A stretch of DNA of 36,135 bases, from assembly GCA_012729935.1 (NCBI GenBank), contig JAAYBY010000107.1, positions 1 through 36,135 of the forward strand. The letters run 5' to 3'. The translations under genes and the position numbers were made by a program. This stretch comes from Clostridiaceae bacterium (GTDB lineage Bacteria; Bacillota; Clostridia; Saccharofermentanales; UBA5734). The notes under the pieces are model-generated. The model had not been told where the DNA came from, made no database searches, and was given only the letters and a program-made list of their open reading frames with translations. Positions 20,572 to 27,202 of this stretch are shown one piece after another (the first letter of the stretch is position 1; each line of letters opens with the position of its first letter).

Positions 20572-21036
20572 TCAGAGCGATTCCGATACATCGCCGAGTC
20601 TTATTTTCGTGATCTGGGCAACAGCGAGCTTATCACATCTGTTATTGAACGGATGATCAGCATGCCCTTTTACCTTGATCCATTCAATAGTATGCTGCTG
20701 GGAAACAGCAAGCAGTTCCTGCCATAAATCCATATTGCTGACAGGATCTTTCGCTGCGTTTCGCCAGCCGTTGCGCTGCCAGTTCTCTATCCATCCCTGG
20801 TTAAAAGCAGATATCAGATAAGCGCTGTCACTGTACAGCTTAACATGACAGGGTCTCCTCAGTTGTTTCAGCGCTTCGATCGCAGCAGTCATTTCCATCC
20901 GGTTATTGGTTGTAGAAAGTGCATGTCCGGCGATCTCCTTTTCCACTCCCTGTGCGACTAGAATGGCAGCCCAGCCACCGGGTCCCGGGTTACCCGAACA
21001 GGCACCGTCTGTATAAATCTGAACCGGTTCAGCCAT
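20572..21036 (-). CDS. rnhA: Ribonuclease HI
   Basis: IYTDGACSGNPGPGGWA..., NNRMEMTAAIEAL, YSDSAYL, KGHADHPFNNRCDKLA (DEDD catalytic set). Start ATG 21036 with a GGGGA RBS; it overlaps the proC stop by 8 nt. Confidence 0.93.
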   Translation of the reverse strand: MAEPVQIYTDGACSGNPGPGGWAAILVAQGVEKEIAGHALSTTNNRMEMTAAIEALKQLRRPCHVKLYSDSAYLISAFNQGWIENWQRNGWRNAAKDPVSNMDLWQELLAVSQQHTIEWIKVKGHADHPFNNRCDKLAVAQITKIRLGDVSESL

Positions 21037-21832
21037 GCTTTTTCCCCATCTGTCTTGAACGATCAGCGGCAGCCGATACTGCACGGATCAGTGCTGAGCG
21101 GAGTCCGTCTGACTCAAGGCTGTCCACAGCCCGGATCGTCGTTCCTCCGGGTGAACAAACCTGATCTTTCAGTACCGCTGGATGAGTCTGCGTGTCAAGG
21201 ACCATCTTGGCCGCTCCATAGACCGTCATCGCGGCCATTTCCAATGCCATGTCACGGGGTAGTCCTTCGAGGACGCCACCATCAGCCAGCGCTTCGATAA
21301 CCAGCATGATATACGCGGGACCGCTGCCGGAAAGCCCGGTAACTGCATCCATTGATGACTCGTTGACAGTAAACACACGGCCGCAGGCTGACAGCAAATT
21401 GAGCGTGTCTTGTCGTTGAGCTTCGCTGGTCTGGTCAAAGCAGACAGCACTGACGGCCGCTCCCACCTTAGCCGGCGTGTTGGGCATGATCCGGGCAAGT
21501 GCAGGTTTATCACCTGCCCAGCCGCGCAAGTCAGAAAGCGTGATTCCTGCTGCTATGGAAAGTACGATCTGAGTCGTTAAAACGGGTCGGATGGTTTCCA
21601 GCACATTCGCAACAACCGCCGGTTTGACAGCGATCAGGATCAGATCACCTTGAGACGCTGCCTGTTCTGCCGACTGGCTGATATGGGCTCCGTATTGTTC
21701 AGCGATTGCCGTAACTTTGGCTTTATCTGAATCATAAAGCCACACATTGTCCGGCTCGATCGCCTGATTCTGGATCATACCCTGGATCAGAGCCTGACCC
21801 ATCTGACCGGTTCCGATAACAGAAAGAACCAT
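21029..21832 (-). CDS. proC: Pyrroline-5-carboxylate reductase
   Basis: Rossmann N-terminus MVLSVIGTGQMGQA, and a C-terminal P5CR signature (VCSPGGTTIRAV). Start ATG 21832 has GGAGG 8 nt upstream. The longer ORF-track start at 21901 runs into the promoter. Confidence 0.93.
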   Translation of the reverse strand: MVLSVIGTGQMGQALIQGMIQNQAIEPDNVWLYDSDKAKVTAIAEQYGAHISQSAEQAASQGDLILIAVKPAVVANVLETIRPVLTTQIVLSIAAGITLSDLRGWAGDKPALARIMPNTPAKVGAAVSAVCFDQTSEAQRQDTLNLLSACGRVFTVNESSMDAVTGLSGSGPAYIMLVIEALADGGVLEGLPRDMALEMAAMTVYGAAKMVLDTQTHPAVLKDQVCSPGGTTIRAVDSLESDGLRSALIRAVSAAADRSRQMGKKHG

Positions 21833-21896
21833 CTGTACAACCTCCAAAATGGTTACGCACAGCATTAATTGCTGATTTGTTCTATGATTGATACCA

Positions 21897-21916
21897 GTCA
21901 AATGATATCATTTGAC
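21897..21916. repeat. Perfect 20-bp palindrome GTCAAATGATATCATTTGAC (operator-like), with an 18/20 copy at 21965-21984
   Basis: Read directly: GTCAAATGAT / ATCATTTGAC are exact reverse complements. The second copy is GTCAAATGATATGATTTGAT. Confidence 0.85.
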
Positions 21917-21930
21917 ATCCTGACATGCAA
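21902..21930 (-). promoter_or_regulatory. Candidate proC promoter (-35 TTGCAT 21930-21925, 17-nt spacer, extended -10 TGaTATCAT 21910-21902)
   Basis: Hexamers read on the minus strand. The -10 is the centre of the 20-bp palindrome at 21897-21916. Confidence 0.5.
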
Positions 21931-21950
21931 ACAATTCGACCACAACATTG

Positions 21951-21979
21951 TTGACAGAGAATGGGTCAAATGATATGAT
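21951..21979 (+). promoter_or_regulatory. tRNA-Trp promoter (-35 TTGACA 21951-21956, 17-nt spacer, extended -10 TGaTATGAT 21971-21979)
   Basis: Consensus -35, exact spacing and an extended -10, 14 nt upstream of the mature tRNA 5' end. Confidence 0.8.
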
Positions 21980-21992
21980 TTGATTCGGTCTT

Positions 21993-22067
21993 AGGGGAGT
22001 GGCTCAACGGTAGAGCAACGGTCTCCAAAACCGTCGGTTGCGTGTTCGAATCGCGTCTCCCCTGCCA
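21993..22067 (+). tRNA. trnW: tRNA-Trp (anticodon CCA), CCA-3' encoded
   Basis: Hand-folded cloverleaf. Acceptor AGGGGAG/CTCCCCT, anticodon stem ACGGT/ACCGT with loop CTCCAAA, T-arm GGTTCGAATC-type (GTGTTCGAATCGC), discriminator G + CCA. Confidence 0.9.
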
Positions 22068-22070
22068 ATA

Positions 22071-22103
22071 AAAGTCTTGATGTTAAAACATCAGGACTTT
22101 TTT
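22071..22103 (+). terminator. Rho-independent terminator after tRNA-Trp
   Basis: 12-bp stem AAAGTCTTGATG / CATCAGGACTTT (one G-U), loop TTAAAA, followed by a T-run. Confidence 0.8.
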
Positions 22104-22273
22104 AAACCCATCTGTTAAGTTAAACTCTGCTATAAATTGACCGTAGACTTCACACGCCAAGACACGTTTTATCAAGTTTGGATAAGCACAGTCTTTTACC
22201 TGCATATTTTGTTATTCCAGCTGAATGGTCGTCTGAAACGCTTGTCTTTCTTCGCCATTCATTCTTCTGTCAT

Positions 22274-22302
22274 TTGTTCCCTTATTTCCTTTACGTTATA
22301 AT
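22274..22302 (+). promoter_or_regulatory. Candidate promoter of the MATE-like transporter gene (-35 TTGTTC, 17-nt spacer, -10 TATAAT 22297-22302)
   Basis: Perfect -10 and weak -35, about 40 nt upstream of the start codon. Confidence 0.4.
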
Positions 22303-22341
22303 GAGTTTTGTTCATCATCCGCGGGAGGAGTATTGAGATTC

Positions 22342-23706
22342 ATGCTAACAATTGATGACCAGCGGCACCGATTATCCCAACGGGAGTTGTCTTTATTTTT
22401 TCTTCCGCTGGCGATGACATCTTTTGTTATCATCATCACGCATTCATTATTTAATGCGGGTCTGGCACGACTGCCGTCTCCGGAAATCATGATTGCCGCT
22501 TTTGCCGTCGCTAAAAGCCTGATGCATATTTTTCAGAGCCCGACCATGATGTTTCGTCAGACCATCACCTCGCTGGTCGATCATCGACGTAACTTCCGCC
22601 GCACGATCATCTTTCTCTTATCCATCCTGATAGGGGTTGTACTGCTTCTCATTCTGATCTCCTATACCGGTATCTCACGCTATCTCTTTGAACATGTTAT
22701 GGGTCTTCGCGGACAGACACTGGATGAAGCGGTCCGCATGCTGCGTGTTCTCGCCATTTTCCCGGCTCTTGTCTCAATCCGGGATTTCTATGCTGCCTTT
22801 TCGATCAAATTTCGTACCACGCCGTTGATAACGCTGGCCTCTGTCATCCGTATCATCTACGTGTTTATTTTTATCAATCTGATCGATAGGATTACGTACA
22901 TAGCCCCGGCGTATCTTGCAGCTTTGATGTTTCTTGGTGCGGTCACGACTGAAGCCATTGCGATGGCGATCGGCACCCGAATTCTGAACAAAAGCATCAC
23001 TCGTTCACTCGATACTCTCGACCGGGAAAACCCGGATATCATTCCGACAAAACTAACCTACATCAATATTGTCATGTTTTTCATGCCGCTTATCGCCACC
23101 ACTCTGATCCATACGACATTGATCCCGATCGTCAATGCCGGTTTGGCAAGGACCCACCAGCCCGATCTCGCACTTTCGGTCTTTTCGGTTGCCTGGAATC
23201 TTGGTGCGATCTTCCACAGCCCGTTCGGAGCATTTCATCAGGTAACACTCAACTACATGGACGATGCCAACGACCCGCGGCGCAAAAGCGTCATCCGCTT
23301 CGCCCTGATCACTTCTCTAGCATCCTCAGCAATGCTGGCAATCGTCGCATTCACCAATATCGGCTATTTCATACTTCGCCAGTGGATCGGTGCCAGTCAC
23401 GAAATCAGCGTTCTTTCTGCCACTGTCCTCAAATTGATGACGATACTGCCTCCTTTGATCGTTGCGCGCGAATATTACTGGGGCATTTTGATGAAAAAGC
23501 GAACCACACGGTTTATCTGGATCGGCAAGGCTGTCAACCTGACCACCCTGATCTCAACGATCACCATCATGACATTGATCGGGCCGGCCAATGCGGCGAT
23601 TGTTGGTGTCATCGGCATGATCGCCTGTGAACTGGCAGAATTCCTGTATCTCTTCTTCGTCAGTAAGCGACCCCCAAAAATACCGGTGTCATTCACATCG
23701 ATGTGA
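22342..23706 (+). CDS. Polytopic membrane protein, divergent MATE/MOP-superfamily-like transporter (function unknown)
   Basis: About 12 predicted TM helices. There is a clear internal duplication: FFLPLAMTSF...NAGLARLPSPEIMIAAFAVAKSLMHIFQSP versus FFMPLIATTL...NAGLARTHQPDLALSVFSVAWNLGAIFHSP. ATG 22342 is preferred over the track's TTG 22333 because of distance from GGGAGGAG (22323-22330). Confidence 0.55.
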   Translation: MLTIDDQRHRLSQRELSLFFLPLAMTSFVIIITHSLFNAGLARLPSPEIMIAAFAVAKSLMHIFQSPTMMFRQTITSLVDHRRNFRRTIIFLLSILIGVVLLLILISYTGISRYLFEHVMGLRGQTLDEAVRMLRVLAIFPALVSIRDFYAAFSIKFRTTPLITLASVIRIIYVFIFINLIDRITYIAPAYLAALMFLGAVTTEAIAMAIGTRILNKSITRSLDTLDRENPDIIPTKLTYINIVMFFMPLIATTLIHTTLIPIVNAGLARTHQPDLALSVFSVAWNLGAIFHSPFGAFHQVTLNYMDDANDPRRKSVIRFALITSLASSAMLAIVAFTNIGYFILRQWIGASHEISVLSATVLKLMTILPPLIVAREYYWGILMKKRTTRFIWIGKAVNLTTLISTITIMTLIGPANAAIVGVIGMIACELAEFLYLFFVSKRPPKIPVSFTSM

Positions 23707-23797
23707 TTGATCGTGGCAGACACGTATTGCAAATTCCGGTATAAGTTATCTGTGTGATATAATCATGAAATTATGAATGAGGTGTGGTGGCGTCCGG

Positions 23798-24505
23798 ATG
23801 TCAAAGGAAACAAGATTTGCATTGAAGCATACAGTCCCGGTTCTGGTCGGGTACTTGTTTCTCGGTATCGCGTTCGGACTGATGCTGCAAAACGCCGGAT
23901 ATCATTTTCTCTGGGCATTACTCATCAGTACGGTCGTCTACGCCGGATCGATGCAGTTCGTCCTGTTGTCCATGCTGATTGCCGGCGTTGATCCGGCAAC
24001 AGCTGCAGCCATGACCCTCAGTGTAAACAGCCGGCACTTTTTTTATGGTCTGTCCTGTATCGACATCTTTCGCAACATGGGAAAACGGGCCGGGTATATG
24101 ATTTTTTCCCTCACCGATGAAACGTTCGCGCTTCTGGCAACTGTTAAGATTCCCGATCAACTTGATCGAAAAAAGACGATCTTCCGGATCGCCCTTTTCA
24201 ATCACCTCTATTGGATCCTGGGTTCTGTGACCGGTGCCATCGGCGGTGATGTCCTGACACTCAACTTGACCGGCATCGATTTTGCCATGACAGCGCTCTT
24301 TGTCGTTCTCTTTATGGAACAGATCATCTCCGCACCGGGTAAACGAAGGATTCCTGCTGTGATCGGCCTTGGCAGCGGTATCGTCATGCTTATCCTGCTG
24401 GGTCCCGATCGTTTCATTCTGCCTTCGCTGGTGCTGGCTGTCGGACTGTTGATTGTGACGCGGCCTGTCATCCAGAAAACCAGAAAGGAACCGGCTGCCC
24501 GATGA
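23798..24505 (+). CDS. azlC: Branched-chain amino acid exporter, large subunit AzlC
   Basis: AzlC-like N-terminus (FALKHTVPVLVGYLFLGIAFGL), multi-TM, with an ATGA overlap to a small AzlD-like partner. Start ATG 23798 (GGTGG RBS). An extended -10 TGATATAAT lies at 23755-23763. Confidence 0.8.
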   Translation: MSKETRFALKHTVPVLVGYLFLGIAFGLMLQNAGYHFLWALLISTVVYAGSMQFVLLSMLIAGVDPATAAAMTLSVNSRHFFYGLSCIDIFRNMGKRAGYMIFSLTDETFALLATVKIPDQLDRKKTIFRIALFNHLYWILGSVTGAIGGDVLTLNLTGIDFAMTALFVVLFMEQIISAPGKRRIPAVIGLGSGIVMLILLGPDRFILPSLVLAVGLLIVTRPVIQKTRKEPAAR

Positions 24506-24843
24506 GAACATTAACCAGCAGCGAATCTCTGATTATCATTATGGTCGTCGCAGCGATGACTTTTTTCATTCGCTTGCTTCCATTTTTAATCGCCGGAAAA
24601 ATGAATCGGTCGGCCGCCATCTGGCAGTCCATCAGTCTCATGCTGCCAACGGCCATTTTAGGGGTTTTGCTGATTTACGCCATCCGGACAATCGAGTTTG
24701 CAAATTTACATGGATTTATGCCGCAAATTCTCGGCGTTGCCATAGTGATGCTGCTCCATCGCTGGAAGCGCAATACACTCATCAGCATCGGTGTCGGCAC
24801 GATTTGCTATATGTTGATGGTGCAGTTCATCTGGCCGGCCTGA
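24502..24843 (+). CDS. azlD: Branched-chain amino acid exporter, small subunit AzlD
   Basis: 113-aa 4-TM protein, translationally coupled (ATGA) to azlC, with an AzlD-like FFIRLLPFL motif. Confidence 0.8.
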   Translation: MRTLTSSESLIIIMVVAAMTFFIRLLPFLIAGKMNRSAAIWQSISLMLPTAILGVLLIYAIRTIEFANLHGFMPQILGVAIVMLLHRWKRNTLISIGVGTICYMLMVQFIWPA

Positions 24844-25926
24844 TCAACCCTGCAGTTGAACCGGCTTCGTCAATTTCAGGACGCGTTCTGCAGCGTCATA
24901 CCAGCCGGTCGGCCGGTAATGGTCTGAATGCATAAAACAGCGGACTGTTATCTGGTCATCACCGTCCGTGAACTGAATCAACCGGCTCATGGGGATACCG
25001 TATTTGAGATGATTGACATGATAGCGGGTCAAAGAGGATGCGTTAACAAAATGGGTTCCCCAGCGCGTTTCTATATGCGATTTGCCGCCGGCTGAGTCGT
25101 CCGGATTGGTATGGGTATGACCGCCGATCCATAGATCGACCGATCCCGGATGATTCTCAAGATACTGCTCAAAAGACCGGGCATCCGGCCGGCTGCCAAC
25201 CCAGTACAGGTACGAAGCACCTTCCGGTGTTCCCCTATCTTTGTAGCCATGGTATTTTCCTGTCCAATGGCCATCCTCGTCCTTTTCCATGCCTTCCCAG
25301 GCGCCTGAAGCGACCGTTGTATCCTTCAGCATATAATGGTGGATACTGATGATGATTTTGTCGGCATTGGACTCGACCTGCTGCCTCCACCAGTCAAACG
25401 TTACCTGGCTGACGACACCTCCAGGATTCCCCCCCAGATCGCCCCGGCCGATCGTCTGTGTCGGTTCGTTGATATCACTCATCATCAGAAAAAGGATGTT
25501 GCCGACCTGAAAAGAATATCGTTCCCAGGTACCAGTAACCGGATAAGGTCTGCGCTCAGTGTCCACGCCGGAAAAGGACGTGTTTTGTCCCATCGGATCG
25601 ATCCATTTGCGAAACCACCAGGCCGGTTCTTCTTTGAGACCGCTGCGGTCGTGGTTGCCGCAGATACTGTAGATCGAATGTCGATCATGCTGTTTTAAGA
25701 CAGATAGCTGCCGGACTATTTCTTCGCCCTCTTCATCAGTCGGCAGCCCCTGAGCTCCTGAAAGATCTCCGAGATTAATCGCCAGATCCCAGTCAAATGG
25801 CTGTTGCCATATCGATGTCTCTTCCGACTGAATCAGGGCATCTGCCAGACTTAATCGACCGTGCACGAGATCAGAGCCGACATGTGCATCCCCAAAGGCC
25901 CAAACGTTAAGTTTTTGCTTCACCAT
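24844..25926 (-). CDS. Calcineurin-like metallophosphoesterase (substrate unknown)
   Basis: All five MPE motifs are present: GDAHVG, GDLSG, GNHD, HHY, GGHTH. Start ATG 25926 follows GAGGTG; the track start is GTG 25932. Confidence 0.85.
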   Translation of the reverse strand: MVKQKLNVWAFGDAHVGSDLVHGRLSLADALIQSEETSIWQQPFDWDLAINLGDLSGAQGLPTDEEGEEIVRQLSVLKQHDRHSIYSICGNHDRSGLKEEPAWWFRKWIDPMGQNTSFSGVDTERRPYPVTGTWERYSFQVGNILFLMMSDINEPTQTIGRGDLGGNPGGVVSQVTFDWWRQQVESNADKIIISIHHYMLKDTTVASGAWEGMEKDEDGHWTGKYHGYKDRGTPEGASYLYWVGSRPDARSFEQYLENHPGSVDLWIGGHTHTNPDDSAGGKSHIETRWGTHFVNASSLTRYHVNHLKYGIPMSRLIQFTDGDDQITVRCFMHSDHYRPTGWYDAAERVLKLTKPVQLQG

Positions 25927-25936
25927 TATCACCTCA

Positions 25937-27169
25937 TCAGAGAATGGGTTCCTCTATCTCATTCAGACGATAACCAACAGCAGCGACCGCTTCTGTCTCC
26001 ACCTTGCCGTCCATATGATCGAGAACAAACTGGACGCACATCGCGCTTCCGACCGGCAGTGCGTCTTCATCGACATCAAAATAACCGTTATGCGGCGATA
26101 CTGTAATGCCACGCGCTTCATTTCGCACGCCAATCCTGAAGAAAATGCCGGGTTTTTTCGTCAGGTAATGAGAAAAATCCTCGGATCCCATTTTCATCGC
26201 CATCGGTTCAACACGATCACTGCCCAAAAGTTTGATCGCTGACTGCGTCCAGCTTTCAGAAAGCTTGCGGTCATTGTAGACCGGAAGACATTTCAGATTG
26301 GACTGCAGTTGCACCTGACCGCCTATTTCACTGGCCGTGTTATTGGCAATCGATGTGATCCGATCCAGAAGATAGGTGTCATGTTCGGCTTCATACGATC
26401 GGATAGTCCCGAGCAGTTCAGCCGACTCAGCGATGATATTCTGGGTCTGGCCGCCACTGATTTTGTTAAAGGAACACACGAAACGGGCCAAAGGATCCAT
26501 TTCGCGGGCGACCATCAGCTGAACAGATCCATAAATTCTGAATGCCATGGCAATGGCATCGATTCCTTTTTGCGGCTGTGTTGCATGAGCAGGCTTACCG
26601 CTCAGCTGGATTTTCACTGTACGACTGGCGGGCATTGAGTAGCCGGGACAGACACCGACTTTTCCGCTGTCCAGTGCCAGTTCAACATGCTGCCCGATGA
26701 TTATATCAATATCATCCATCACTCCATCACGCACCATCAGTTCAGCCCCCGATTGATAGCCTTCCTCACTCGGCTGAAAGAGCAGCTTGATTCGGCATGA
26801 TATCTGATCTTTCATCGCCTGAAGGGCTTTGGCTGTGCCGAGCAGCATAGCTGTGTGGGCGTCGTGGCCGCAGGCGTGCATTTTACCGGGTACTTTTGAC
26901 TGATAGTCAGATTCGCGTCTTTCTTCAAGCGGCAAAGCGTCCATATCAGCCCGAATCCCAATCGTGAAATGGTCTTTTTCAGGATTGATGGTTGCGACGA
27001 CACTGCTCTTGCCGAATTTCTCCGTATAGCTGATGCCCAGTTTGTCCAGCTCACGTTTGACGAGCGCAATGGTTCGCGGCAAGTCAAATGCCAGCTCCGG
27101 ATATTGATGGAGTTCTCTGCGAAGCGCGATGATGGTTCCCTTGTCAATGTCCTTTTCCGAAAATTTCAT
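25937..27169 (-). CDS. M20D-family amidohydrolase (N-acyl-amino acid / hippurate hydrolase-like)
   Basis: 410 aa with M20D motifs (HQYPELAF, MHACGHDAHTAMLLG, FQPSEEG). GAGAGGGA RBS. Confidence 0.85.
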   Translation of the reverse strand: MKFSEKDIDKGTIIALRRELHQYPELAFDLPRTIALVKRELDKLGISYTEKFGKSSVVATINPEKDHFTIGIRADMDALPLEERRESDYQSKVPGKMHACGHDAHTAMLLGTAKALQAMKDQISCRIKLLFQPSEEGYQSGAELMVRDGVMDDIDIIIGQHVELALDSGKVGVCPGYSMPASRTVKIQLSGKPAHATQPQKGIDAIAMAFRIYGSVQLMVAREMDPLARFVCSFNKISGGQTQNIIAESAELLGTIRSYEAEHDTYLLDRITSIANNTASEIGGQVQLQSNLKCLPVYNDRKLSESWTQSAIKLLGSDRVEPMAMKMGSEDFSHYLTKKPGIFFRIGVRNEARGITVSPHNGYFDVDEDALPVGSAMCVQFVLDHMDGKVETEAVAAVGYRLNEIEEPIL

Positions 27170-27202
27170 ACAGTATCCCTCTCTTGTTCATATTGATCTT
27201 GA

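Noticed and set aside
22104-22296. About 190 nt of non-coding sequence between the tRNA-Trp terminator and the MATE-like gene promoter, checked for riboswitch, T-box or small-RNA features
   Set aside because: I could fold no conserved riboswitch core, specifier/T-box motif or stable structure by eye. The only ORF here (22296-22490, minus strand) overlaps the transporter gene start and lacks signals.
23918-24511. 197-aa minus-strand ORF
   Set aside because: It is fully antisense to azlC. It is hydrophilic and His/Arg/Gln-rich with no start-site signals. The azlC/azlD pair, with its ATGA coupling, explains the locus.
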